Positions 37,930 through 50,872 are shown, counted from the whole stretch's first letter. The stretch: DNA of 63,536 nt, filler included, from Octopus bimaculoides (GCF_001194135.2; 7 parts of 6 records of this genome joined end to end with filler, not necessarily neighbours in it), one strand, 5' to 3'. Numbers and translations are program-made. Notes: a model not told the origin generated them from the letters alone.

Positions 37930-38699
37930 NNNNNNNNNNNNNNNNNNNNNNNNNNNNNNNNNNNNNNNNNNNNATGGTGGATTTATTTGTGGTTCATTTT
38001 TTTCTTTTTTTTGAGTGAGCTGAATTATTTCTTTTTTCTTCTTTTTATGATTATCTATATTATAATTATCTGGAAAGAAGAAGAGAATAAATCAGTTTAT
38101 AGTGGTGTGGAGTGAATAGGAGAAGAGATTGCAGGGTTGATCCGAAGGATTAGGGTCACATGAGTTTAAGAAATGTGTGAACGAGTATATATGTGAACGA
38201 GTGTGTATACAAAGGAGGGTATATTAGAGCGGGGCGGGGGTGTCTGAAGAATCAATCTATCCATCAATTTTTCTTTTTCTATCGACTTATTTTCTTAAGT
38301 AAGACACAATGGTTCAGAGCCAGTAACGCTCTGCGGTTAATGCTCCTCACGTGAATGCTATGTGCGTTGATGGGGCGGGGTTTTGCCCTCGTCTGTCCTT
38401 AAAAGTGCAAGCAGCGCTAAGACCTGTTAGTGACCTTTACCTTTAGAGTCCTGCTTTTAGGAATCTGTGGGACATATATATCATCCGATTAAAGCGACTC
38501 CAGGGCTTGACACCAACTTTATCTTGTCGATTCCAGTAGGAGAAAAAACAAAGTAGATAGCAGTAAAATTTGAACTTAAAATGTAAAGAGCTGGGAAAAA
38601 GACAAGGTGTGCTGTCCGACACACAAACGTATCAGACAAAATATTTAACTCTACACAGTCCAAAACATATTCCTGTTAAGTACGGCCTCCATCCTGCTC

Positions 38700-39735
38700 T
38701 AAGCTCTCCAAATTCAATAGCAGGACTAATACAGTACACACTGTATACCACTCGCAAATTTCTTACACCTGAGGGCATCTTGTATCATTATAAGACCACC
38801 ATTTTACCTTGCATTCAATATTTCTGTCAACTTTAAACCGATTCCTCCTCTGATTGTCTTAACTTGCTTGATCGAATTCAGAATCACTCTGTCAACCTGA
38901 TGAGTCTTCTTCTTTCTACTAGGCTGAAGTCATTGGCTCATCAGCGAAATATATCCTCGTTGTGTCTTTTCTATAATATTTCCATGGTCGTTGCTCTGAT
39001 GAACTTTCTGGTCTAGTGCCCTCTATCAAGACTTTTAAAGACTTCACCCGCTCCTCTTCCCGGCCATATTATGTCTCTGTTGAGCTTCCTGTTAATCAGA
39101 AGCCCCATTATTCTAATAGATTCTTTCTTCAATCTCCTCTCTGAAACTTACTAACATCGTCTTCTTTTTGAATTTTGAATTGAATTATTAACATAGTGGG
39201 TCCTCTTCTTTCTTTCAGATTGAAATCGAAATATATCTCCGTTGAGTATTTTCCTTAAATATTTCCATGGACATTGCTCCGATGAACCTTCTGGTAAGGT
39301 ACCCACCATGGACACATTTAAACGTGTTAACACTTCTCTTCTCAGGTTCATCGTTTCTCTGTTGAGTTTCCTGTTAGTCATAAGTCCTTCTGTCCTAATA
39401 ACTGCTTTCATTGAACTACTGCTCTCTGAAACTTATAACCATCATCTTTTCAAATTTAGAATCGAGTTGTTAAACATAGTTGTTCCTCTTCTTTCTACTG
39501 GGCTGGACTCTTTCCTTCATAATTGAAATATATCTTCGTTGTGTCTTTTCAATAAGTACTTCCATGGTCATTGCTCTTATGACTGCTCTTATCTGTTGTA
39601 CCTTCAGTCAAGGCTTTTAAACGAGCCACCTGTTTCTCTTCCCTGGTGCATCCTTTCTCTGTTGAGTTTCCTGTTACTCAGAAATCTTTTTATTCTAATA
39701 GCTTCTTTCCTCAAACTAACTTCCTCTGATCTTTG
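38700..39735 (+). mobile_element. CR1/L2-group LINE RT C-terminal fragment whose last ~290 bp are tandemly triplicated
   Basis: RKFLTPEGILYHYKTTILPCIQY, DRIQ, and three YFHG(R/H)CS-type units; anchor GAAATATATC at 38946, 39228 and 39525. Confidence 0.8.
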
Positions 39736-41060
39736 ATGTCTAGTTCTTTAAGCTTTCTGTCGACCGACATCTTTTGAATTTGTTGGCCCCATTCTTTTTC
39801 TTTTTTGTAGTTCCTTACGCTACAGTAGCCCTAAGCCTTGTTTGAAACAAAAGTCTCTTTAAAATATCACACGACACACAATCTACTAAACCACCACACA
39901 GTACTATAAATTAATACATTAGCACATATTCTGCACGATCTGCACCCGATAAAGTCACAACATTTATAATTCTTACATAATGGACATCCGATACTATAAC
40001 AAACACAACACGTCACCGACAACTCACAGACTATACAAATAGCACCCAAAAATGTTATACAACCCACACAGCACATATAAAATGCAATTATCGCCATTCA
40101 TCTAAATGACACATCTCACACATTCCATATATTCTTCCTAACAAGCAGCTTAAACATTCACGTAACGCTAGAAAAAGCCAAACAAATCCCATAAAAACCT
40201 GTAACACGCGTATATTACAAACACAGAAACAAAATCCAGAAACACTGACTTTTGCTGAGTAGAGCGACAAAATGACATGAAGCTTAATTCTACACAAAAA
40301 ATGAATTTTCGACCATAATTAGTCATTTCTTTTACACTTGTTTCAGTGAAAAGTCAAATTAGAGACGTTTAACGGTTAATTAAAAAAACTGAAATATTTA
40401 TTTCTTCACTGGAGCATAGCACAGGATCGAACGGATTATATTCATGTTATAAATCATAAGAAAATTTTTATCTTCCATATTTATGTATTCCTTTTTCTCT
40501 CCTCCCTTTTATAAAACAGATCAGTATTACCCTTACTATCAAAGTAAATGACTTTCCCATCAATTGCATTCTCCAGCACAGAGACACATGATGAGAGTAG
40601 ACTCATTCAGTCGGGCCATTTTCACTCCTTACACATACCTTCCAACACGGTTAATGGCTTACAGAACCATCTATCCAAGATAATGAGGTCCTGATCGAAG
40701 TTGAAAGTGTTTGACTTCAATCTTTTGATATTGCTAATCATACAATCTTTTCAGTCATAATCACTGCATATACGAAAACAATCTGTCAATCTCGGGGCGA
40801 GAGAAAGCTACGAAGCCATCTTTTCGTGATCTTTTAAAAACCATAAAGTTTTCTCATAAAAGATCACATCCAGTAATGTGACCCTGGCTTCCCTGCACGA
40901 GGGAGAACAACACAGTACGGACACAACCCAAAGAATACTTTTGATCATACGTCTATTCCGTCCAATCTAACCTGAGGCTAAGCAACAAAATAAAAAACAA
41001 AAACAATAACTTTAAGCATACATATAAATATATGTTTATGTATGCATATATATATGTATA

Positions 41061-41104
<44 letters not shown>

Positions 41105-41148
41105 NNNNNNNNNNNNNNNNNNNNNNNNNNNNNNNNNNNNNNNNNNNN

Positions 41149-41160
41149 TTAATTAATTAA
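41149..41160. other. Assembly gap linker N44-TTAATTAATTAA-N44
   Basis: Same construct. Confidence 0.95.
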
Positions 41161-41204
41161 NNNNNNNNNNNNNNNNNNNNNNNNNNNNNNNNNNNNNNNN
41201 NNNN

Positions 41205-41468
41205 AGTGGATTTGGTAGACGGAAACTGAAAGAAGCCCGTCGTATATATGTATGTGTGTTTGTGTGTCTGTGTTTGTCCTCCCACCATCGTTTGACAACC
41301 GATGCTGGTGTGTTTATGTCCCCGTAACTTAGCGGTTCGGCAAAAAGTGACCGATACAATAAGTACTAGGCTTACAAAGAATAAGTCCTGGGGTCGATTT
41401 TCTCGACTAAAGGCGGTTCTCCAGCATGGCCACAGTCAAATGACTGAAAGAAGTAAAAGAGTAAAGAG
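41205..41468 (+). mobile_element. SINE family B, well preserved, head in the gap
   Basis: agtggatttggtagacggaaactgaaagaagcccgtcg...aataagtcctggggtcgat...ggcggttctccagcatggccacagtcaaatgactgaaa. Confidence 0.92.
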
Positions 41469-41513
41469 TATATATATATATACACACATATATCAATATG
41501 CGCAATACATATG

Positions 41514-41552
41514 CTAGCTGAAAACCGCCCGAAGAGCGGTTTTTCTGCTAGT
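41514..41552 (+). mobile_element. Helitron-like 3' terminus (GC hairpin followed by CTAG|T)
   Basis: AAAACCGC-CCGAAGA-GCGGTTTT hairpin at 41521-41543, CTAG at 41548-41551, then T. Confidence 0.55.
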
Positions 41553-42757
41553 TATAAATAATATTGATGACCTTCTATATCTATTTAACTAATATAAGTA
41601 CTCCTGCTTACCCATGTAATTAATACCGATACTATACGCAACCATCTTCAGATCATTTTCTATCGCCAGGTTTGAGAAACTACATCCGAAATACATCTTG
41701 TCCCGCTGCTCATACGTAGCTAGTGACAGTTCACCTTTTGCACAACTCACCAGTTTGGTAAATGATTAATTGAACTATGACTCGATGATATCAGCATTTG
41801 AACCGGTTGGAATTATATTCACTGTTTGGTGGTAGTTCTCTTAGTCATTCCTTTTTATTTCATTAAGAGAATGTTAATTCTTCTGAGATCACCGAAGGAT
41901 AGCATGAACGCTTCGTCGGATATGAGAAGAGAATTGTAAAGGATTTAATACTCTGGCGTGAATAGCGTCACACAAAGGAATTGTCGTGGAAGAAATTGAT
42001 GTCTCCAGGAAATGATGATGGAATCCAAACTTGCTGTTCGTCTCCTTAACAAATTTGTTGCTATTTCTGTGGCTTCGAAGTGCTTCCTCTCTCCCTCAAG
42101 CAAACTGGTTTTTAATTACGATTTATCAGGGCTTGGTTACTTCATAAAGCCATGCCGATATTGACCTCAGAAATAATACATTAAAATAAAAGTCATTATT
42201 TTATATTCACGTTCTTGGCTTTTGCCTCGGTTTATCTGGTTTCGAACAGTTCTTGGTGCTGAATGAAATCCTGTCAGCCAATTCTAGAATTAGTCAACCT
42301 AAATACCAAATACCTTAACTTGAGCAACTATAATAAAGTGGCTTCAATGTCTTTCAAGCAAATGATTTTTTGTTTTCTCAAAGACTCTCTCTGATTAAAG
42401 GAATCTCTCATCATTGTTTTGAAACTGCTGAAACGTTTGGGCTTTTTAGTGGAGAGGAAAATCAGCTTTAGAACATATGGTACACAAACATCGGAAATGT
42501 TAAAAACGAGTAAATGAAAAAGGCTTTAACAATACATATAACCAATGTAGAGTTCCTGATTCTTAAATTCCTTATCGGTTTCTTTGAAAGTTATGTAGAC
42601 ACCTCTGTCCATTGTCTACACTCTGTATCAGATACTGGTTTTCACATTCAGCTAGAATATTCTGATATAGAAGCATTCAGAATTTTAGGGTTCACTTTTT
42701 GGTATCGTTTTAATACAACACACACACACACATGTGTATGTATGTATATGCATATAT

Positions 42758-42805
<48 letters not shown>

Positions 42806-44074
42806 TGTGTGTATGAAAACTGATTTTACTGAAAAGCCCATATGTCAAGTGATTATGGTAGTTAAACCTGAAGGTAATGTATTTTTTGTAAGGAAGGATA
42901 GATACATTTTGCTGCCATCTGTCTGGTTGCCATTTTTCACAGAGAAATTTTTGTTCATCTCCTACACCTTGAATATCTATAGGTATTTGCTCGAGTGTGC
43001 TTCTTGAATGTTTTACGGGATTTTTTCCTACATTCATTCTTCCACTTTGATACTGCATCAAGTTTTAGACTGCTATAGGCATCACGGATCATACGTTTTA
43101 AACGATTTTATGAAGTGCTTGTTCGGCATTTGAAACAGGATTTTTGTACAAATTACTTCGCCCATTTTGAACGGGTCACTCTATTTATATTCTTGTAGAA
43201 AATCATTAAAATAGGAGTGCCAAGTAATTATTATTTGTGGAAATTGATCGAACAACAATATGCCCTAACATTTCCAAAATGATTATTTTCTATGATAACG
43301 TACGAAAAATTTCTGTCAATTTTATCTGAAATCTGTTTACCCCAATATCTGGTCTGTGTGGCGAAATTAGGCCAAGAACAATTGCAGCTCATACTAGTAA
43401 ATAAATCTGGCTTTCTAATTTTTCTCGCCATGAGCATGGCATCGTATTAACGTTCGTTCAGTTTACTTTAAAATAGTATAACTGAAGAAATCAAAATAAC
43501 TATACGTCCGACATGAGTTCTTTTATTAACGGTAACAGTAGCGAGAAGATCGATAAGTCTTTGAAGTTTTTCAGCTATAAGATGTCGTTGTTGATATCTT
43601 ACATAATATAAATTGACTCAACTCTAAGCGTCGACAGCTCTTTGCTGAAATAATTTTCTCACAGATAGAATTGGCTTATAAATTTTTTAACTGTTGCTTG
43701 AACAGTCGTCTTGTACTTCAACACACTAACACTGGTGTGTCTCTTGCTGTTAATCAGCTCAGGATTAATGTCTAATATTGGCTGACACCTTGGTTCTCCA
43801 TAGATATAGAATTACGTGTAAGACATGAGATCAAATTTAGAGTTCATTGGTTCGAATAAATGAGAAGAGATTCTTTATTTCCAGTGTGAATATGTACGAA
43901 AAAGGGTTCACCATCACTATTCTTCCAAATTATTGGCCTTCTTCATTCACAGTTCGGAAATTATAACTTCTATCATTATTCCAATTTCTTCTCACAATCA
44001 TATTGACAAGTAGCGTCAGATTATATTCGGTTTTGTTGAGTTCCTTCAGTTTCAACTTCTCCAAGCATTTTATA

Positions 44075-44146
44075 TACAATGTGAACTAGTGGTTGGGATT
44101 CCTGGTGTCCACTCAGGCGGGCCGGGTTCGATTCCCGGTATGAGAA
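44075..44146 (+). pseudogene. tRNA-Glu(TTC)-derived pseudogene
   Basis: 72 nt collinear with metazoan tRNA-Glu (CTAGTGGTT.GGATTCCTGG-loop-CAGGCGG.CCGGGTTCGATTCCCGGTATG.GAA); intact T-arm, broken acceptor stem, anticodon loop TGTCCAC (TCC). Confidence 0.8.
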
Positions 44147-44153
44147 CGCATTC

Positions 44154-44400
44154 ATAGGCGCAGGTATGACTGTCTGGTTAGAAGTTTGCTTTCCATGTCT
44201 GTGTGTGTGTTTGATTCTATGTTTATCCGCCACCACTGCTAGACAACCGGCCCTGGTGTGTTTACATCCCCGTAATTTATACCGATAGAACAAGTACCAG
44301 GCTTTTAAAAAATAGGTACTGGAGTCGATTCATTCTACCGAAATATTCTCCAAGGCGGTGCCCCAGCATGGTCGCAGCATCACGTCTGAAACAAAATAAG
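44154..44400 (+). mobile_element. SINE family B, internally shortened
   Basis: ataggcgcaggtatgactg...aagtaccaggc...tggagtcgattc...ggcggtgccccagcatggtcgcag...ctgaaac. Confidence 0.85.
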
Positions 44401-44480
44401 TGATAACAATTGTTCTCCCGATGACCTAATCTAAAGTAGCCATAATTTTATGAAGGCATCCTTCATTATTCTGATAATAT

Positions 44481-44562
44481 ATAGGCGCAGACATGACTGT
44501 GTGTTAAGAAGCTGGTTTTCCAACAACATGGTTCCGAGTTCTGTTCCATATGACGGCATCTT
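44481..44562 (+). mobile_element. SINE family B head only
   Basis: ataggcgcagacatgactgtgtgttaagaagct...caacatggttccgagttc. Confidence 0.7.
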
Positions 44563-45189
44563 TTATTATTTTGATTATACATAAGATATATTTCAATCTT
44601 CCACCGGCGATTTTACAATCAACGACTTAAAGTTGGATAACTTGTCGACATTCTCCTCAAATTGAATATTCATGGACCCACATGAACCACACAGTAAATT
44701 TTCGTCGGTAAAACTACTGCTGCTTCGTGGATCGGTTTAAATAACTGCATTGCTTCTATTTATAATTCGACTTCCACAGAAATCCTATTTTAAAGAAACT
44801 TATTGTTCTTGTTGATGTTATTGTTGTCGCTGCTGTTGTTTAGTTTTACTTTAATCCTCATCAAGCAAATCTGTGGTCATAGTTGTTTAAGAGCTGATCA
44901 TTTGATCGCCTTTCGGTTTAATATTACCATTTCCTCCTTGACGTATTTTAGCAAAGATCATATTATTTTCAGTAGCAAACCGAAGGTGTTTCATGTGTGT
45001 GTGTGTGTGGGGGGGCATACGTGCGTGTGTGTGTGAGAGAGAGAGAGAGAGTGTGTATGTGCGTGTGAGCGCGTTTGTGTGTGTGTACGTGCACGCGTGC
45101 AGAAACGCATCCAGTGAACCACATATGTCCACAAATACATTACCATTTAAGCCATATTTCCCTGTATATAATATACCTCAACATAAAGT

Positions 45190-45390
45190 CAGTAAAATGG
45201 CAGAATCGTTAGCACGCTGGGAAAAGTGCTTAGCGGCATTCGGAGTTCAAAATCCGCCGAGGTCGACTTTGACCTTCGTCTATTCGGAGGTCGATAAAAT
45301 ATGTACCAGCTGAGCATTGCGGTCGATGTAATCGACTTACTCCCAGACACGAAATTGGCGGCCTTGTGTCAAAATTTTAAGCCAATATAA
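45190..45390 (+). mobile_element. SINE family A
   Basis: ggcagaatcgttagcacgctggg...aatccgccgaggtcgacttt...ggtcgatgtaatcgactt...ggccttgtgtc. Confidence 0.85.
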
Positions 45391-46592
45391 CTAAAAATAT
45401 ACTCCATTTTCGTATATACACCCTATGAATCACTACCACAATCAATCATTCATCAATTGATCTATCTATATCTATGTATTTATATGCATATCTCTATACG
45501 TATACATATGTGTATGTGTGTGTATGTGTGTGCGTATGTGTGTGTGTGCGTATGTGTGTGTGCATATATATATATTTATAGATAGATAGATAGATAGATA
45601 GATAGCCAGACATATATATAAATAGATATAAAAAAGAACGATATTGCTTCTAAAAATAATGACGTCGATGGCCGCGAGCATGAAGCCGTATAGGCAAATT
45701 ACCTGCTTCGCTAAAAATAGAAGTTAAGATACTTCAAAGCCATAGAAGAATCACTAAATTAATACAGGCATGATAGGAAAAAAATTTTAGTGAACAAAAA
45801 AAGCGTCTTACCCCCGCCAAGAATGTAGGAGAAATGCTGATTAATTTGATATCATGATTTCGAATTTAGATAGATAAATTTATTTATGTATACATAGGTA
45901 CACATGTATGGTGCATATATATATATATANNNNNNNNNNNNNNNNNNNNNNNNNNNNNNNNNNNNNNNNNNNNNNNNNNNNNNNNNNNNNNNNNNNNNNN
46001 NNNNNNNNNNNNNNNNNNNNNNNNNNNNNNNNNNNNNNNNNNNNNNNNNNNNNNNNNNNNNNNNNNNNNNNNNNNNNNNNNNNNNNNNNNNNNNNNNNNN
46101 NNNNNNNNNNNNNNNNNNNNNNNNNNNNNNNNNNNNNNNNNNNNNNNNNNNNNNNNNNNNNNNNNNNNNNNNNNNNNNNNNNNNNNNNNNNNNNNNNNNN
46201 NNNNNNNNNNNNNNNNNNNNNNNNNNNNNNNNNNNNNNNNNNNNNNNNNNNNNNNNNNNNNNNNNNNNNNNNNNNNNNNNNNNNNNNNNNNNNNNNNNNN
46301 NNNNNNNNNNNNNNNNNNNNNNNNNNNNNNNNNNNNNNNNNNNNNNNNNNNNNNNNNNNNNNNNNNNNNNNNNNNNNNNNNNNNNNNNNNNNNNNNNNNN
46401 NNNNNNNNNNNNNNNNNNNNNNNNNNNNNNNNNNNNNNNNNNNNNNNNNNNNNNNNNNNNNNNNNNNNNNNNNNNNNNNNNNNNNNNNNNNNNNNNNNNN
46501 NNNNNNNNNNNNNNNNNNNNNNNNNNNNNNNNNNNNNNNNNNNNNNNNNNNNNNNNNNNNNNNNNNNNNNNNNNNNNNNNNNNNNNNNNNNN

Positions 46593-47819
46593 TGAACCAT
46601 GGAGAATTTGTACCGGATTTTTGCAGAGTTTTGCATTTTATAAAGCATTTTTTGAAATTGTCTGATAATACAGGCATAGACTTGCCCAAATACATCAATA
46701 AATTAGCATTGGTATTTGTTCATCGTTGTTTCAATCCTCTGAAATAGAATTGTCAAAGCGCGTTATTCGAACAAGTTTGCTATTCAACTTCAAAAAAAGG
46801 ACGTAACGCAGCTGAAACTGCTCGTGATATCAACGAAACGTTTGGTGAGGAAATGACCAGTGAGTGGTCAGCTCGAACATGGTTTAAACGATTTTGCAGT
46901 GGAGACCTGGGCTTTGAAGATCGTGAGCGTAGTGGACGCCCATCTGTCTTCGCTGACGGTCAATTAAAGACTGTCATTGAGAAAGATCCCCGTAAAACCA
47001 CTCGAGATCTAAAACTGCTTGCAACCATCTGCATGCGATCGGTAAATCAAAAAAGCTCGACAAATAGCCACCACATGATTTGAATGAAAATCAGAAAATG
47101 TGCAGATATGAAATTTGTTCGTTGCTTCTCCGTAAACAGACCGATCCATTTCTCGACCGTATTGTAACTTGCGATAAAAAGTGGATTCTGTACAATAATG
47201 AAAAAACGTTCTTCGTTGTGGGTGGACCAAAATGAAGCACCGAAAACCTTCCCTAAATCCGAGCTCTTCCAAAAGAAGGTTATGGTGATTGTTTGGTGGT
47301 GTACTGGGCTCATCCACTATAACATTTTAAAACCAGGAAAAACCATTACTGCAGAAACATATTGTCATGAAATTGCCAAAATGAATGAAAAACTGCTACT
47401 CCTCCGTCTAGACTGGTCAACAGAGGAGTGTCAATCATTCTTCATGACAATACTCGACCACACGTTTCACTAATGTCGCTCCAGAAGTTGAGGGAACTTG
47501 GCAACGAAGTTCTTCCCCACCCAACTTATTCCCCAGACCTTTCTCCTACTGACTACCGCTTTTTCAAGTACCTTGATGGTTTCCAGCGAGAGAAGGAATT
47601 CAAAAATCAAACCAATACTAAAAGTGCATTGAAAGAGTTTACCAGCTCCAGAACTCCAGATTTTTATGTTACCGGAATAAACAAACTTGTAACTCGTTGG
47701 CAAAAATGTGTTGATTGTAATCGTACTTACTTTGATGAATAAAATTTCCGCATTGTTGAAATATATTGTGTTGAAGTTCATGTTTCAAAACGTTGCTTAC
47801 TTTTTACTCAGCCTCCATA
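46593..47819 (+). mobile_element. Mariner (DD34D) DNA transposon, decayed; 5' TIR hidden in the gap
   Basis: Transposase in several frames; 3' TIR-like tactttttactcagcctcca followed by TA. Confidence 0.92.
46744..47742 (+). pseudogene. Mariner transposase pseudogene (Hsmar1/Mos1-like)
   Basis: HTH region WFKRFCSGDLGFEDRERSGRP; degenerate WVPHEL (*PPHDL); TCDKKW; HDN-x34-D with YSPDLSPTD; C-terminal RWQKCVDCNRTYFDE; several frameshifts. Confidence 0.95.
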
Positions 47820-48377
47820 TATGCAATTTCCCCATCATCGATAATGGGGACATTACATAAAATGGCGTTTTTAATTTTTAACCCTGACCGGTGATGTACC
47901 CCTGAAACGGCCGTAGATAGAATACCCTCCTATTTTTCGGATCCTATTTTATTTATTGTTCTTAACCTTGATATCTTGCGTCACTTCTATCTCTTATCTT
48001 AGACGTATAAAGAATTTTTAGACGATTTAGGCGGTTTGCCAGTTTGAAGGTTGACACTTTTATTCTTATATTTACCAATCTCTCATTCGTTTTGCGTCTC
48101 CGATATCTATCACGCATAACTCTTTACATGAAATCTTTATTTACATGTGATTTTGTATGTATTTTTATATGCTTTTATATGTCTTCTATATTTTTATGTA
48201 TGTTTGGTTTTATTCTTTATACCCTTGGAGAATCTTTACTCCTGCATATGCATGACATGTTGGTGTGTATAAATATATGATTCAATTACATTGATTGAAT
48301 ATCTTCATTTATGCGTTCGGGAATCTGTTTGACTGCCTAGGATTTGCGTTTTCAATTTCCTCTACTCTGTTTTCTCT

Positions 48378-48421
<44 letters not shown>

Positions 48422-48465
48422 NNNNNNNNNNNNNNNNNNNNNNNNNNNNNNNNNNNNNNNNNNNN

Positions 48466-48477
48466 TTAATTAATTAA
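48466..48477. other. Assembly gap linker N44-TTAATTAATTAA-N44
   Basis: Same construct. Confidence 0.95.
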
Positions 48478-48521
48478 NNNNNNNNNNNNNNNNNNNNNNN
48501 NNNNNNNNNNNNNNNNNNNNN

Positions 48522-48552
<31 letters not shown>

Positions 48553-49203
48553 ATGTACATATACATATATACACATATGCATTCATGTATGTGTGTGTAT
48601 GTAACCAGTTAAATGTCACTTATAATGCAATTTCATATATTCTGCATGATTTATAAATTTTGTAAACCGATATTGAAATATGTAACATTTATTTTAGTAT
48701 ATTGACCTGTTGATACAATTACCGCAGCAACAGTTATTGTATTGGTCGGTTGCTGCAGTTCGAAATAACTTTCTAAAAGTGTAATACTGATCGTATTACA
48801 CTATGGAAGGTGGAGAGTACGGCCGAGATTGTAGGGTGTCGGCTGCAATGCATTGCAGTATCTAATTTCGTTCATCTTGGTTCCGAATTAAAATTCTGCT
48901 GATGTTGATTGATATTGCCTTGCAGTCTTCCAATATGCAGTAAATGATATGCTGAAGAGAATGTCTGAGGAAGAGGTTAATGTCGATTCAATTGATTGTA
49001 TGTATGTATGTATGTATGTATGTATCTACGTACGTGTGTGTATGCATGTATGTGTATGTATGTATGTATGTGTATGCATGCATGTGTGTATGTATATGAG
49101 CACGTACGTCTGTAGATTTTAATATACGTGCGTATGTATGTATGTGTATGTGTGTATGTATATGTGTATATGCGTGTATGTGCGTATTATATATATGTAT
49201 ATG

Positions 49204-49252
<49 letters not shown>

Positions 49253-49522
49253 ATGTGCGAATATGCGAATATATTTACGTGTGTATGTTTGTATAAACGT
49301 GCATATGATTGTTTGCAGTATGTATGCATGTATTTCAGCACGTATGTTTGTATGTATATAATTATTCATGTATATATATGTGTGTGTATGTATACATGCC
49401 AGTACGAGGACTTTTGTGGTTCACAACAGTCAACGAGAGGTCTCCTATGTTGTGATCGCTTGGCCTCTTAGAAAAAGCAACAAACTTTCTTTTTCTCTCT
49501 CTCTCCCTATCTCTCTCTCTCC

Positions 49523-49553
<31 letters not shown>

Positions 49554-49577
49554 NNNNNNNNNNNNNNNNNNNNNNNN

Positions 49578-49618
<41 letters not shown>

Positions 49619-50872
49619 AATCAAAGCTTGGTGTCTGAAATAAAGAAATGCTACATTGGATAATGTAGTCTTGGATGGTCACGGAAGGAATGTCTTTGAT
49701 TAAAGGTCAACTCGACAAAAAAGTAAACAGCAATAATGACTAGGCCAGAACTTATAAATTTATTGCGATGGTGATAAGTTGATGAGGAATATATTTCTCC
49801 CTGAATAGTAGCTAACATATTTTAGTAGAATACCTTTGACGCAGAGTTCCCCGTCGATAAGTACTGCTTAGAGTGGTAAACGATAACCACAACTCACAGC
49901 ATGGAATTCTGTATCACCCATTTATATCAACTTCCAGCCATGTGAACACGATTGTTGAAAGTAAAATGCTAAAACCACTGACACAACATAATGCATATGA
50001 AAGACATCATCCACTCGGTTGATCATAGGGCACTTTATCTGACGGATCACCTACACTTTCCAGTCCATTATATATCAACAAAAATGGGTCTCATGTCCTA
50101 AGGCGAAAAAAGATTCCTTTCACCTTCACCCCGCTCCTAGAATCACCCCACAGTTAAGGCCTCCCCACCTCTGACTAGAGAAAATAAGTCTTTACTTGAT
50201 ATTTAGACAATAAATTCACCATACTAATTCGACTCGGTCATTTTCTCATCATTTTATAGATAAAAAAAAAAGACCTTTGATTAGAGGAAAAGTCCTTTCA
50301 TCCATAAAATGATAGTATTAACTTTCGACAAATATTGAGAATCCCCACTAACAAAGCTGTATAGTAATCTAACAGCCTATCAATGTCGACGTTTCATATC
50401 GTAAGAGATCCACCGTTATTTGTCAAATTACATAACTTCCGAATGACGCAATCCACCGAATTACAGCTAATCAACACTTGTTGATTAAAGCTTCCTTCTA
50501 TGAGCAGCCCGAACATTGTATCAATGGCGAGTGTATATGGAGTGCTGATTTTTGAAATCCTCACAATTATTAAAATATAAGCTTGCGTTAGATACATTAG
50601 TTCATTCTTGCTTATTTCCCTTAGATCATGTTTTACTTTATTAGTTCCCTTGCATCAGAACTTTTATAAACAATCGAATACAATTATTGGAAAATTGCGC
50701 TTAGACTATAGAAACGTGACGATATTGATGATTCTTTGAGGCACAAAAAAAAAGGGGGAGACTTTAGAAGAATCTTACAAACAACAAATTTAATGTTCTA
50801 AATTTATATAACATTATCATTTTTATGTTAAACATCTGCAGCTTTAAAATTAAGCACTTAAAAATAAAACCG

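Noticed and set aside
39870-40240. Cys-rich minus-strand ORFs (39867-40097, 40088-40297)
   Set aside because: They arise from a G-poor, CA-rich low-complexity strand bias; no conserved Cys spacing.
41514-41552. Rho-independent terminator
   Set aside because: The context is eukaryotic and no bacterial gene lies upstream; a Helitron-type end fits better.
40550-44020. Unique-looking stretches tested as exons or LINE remnants (40550-41000, 41900-42150, 43500-44020)
   Set aside because: Partial manual translation gave frequent stops and no recognisable motif; left uncalled, and a homology search could still find old TE fragments.
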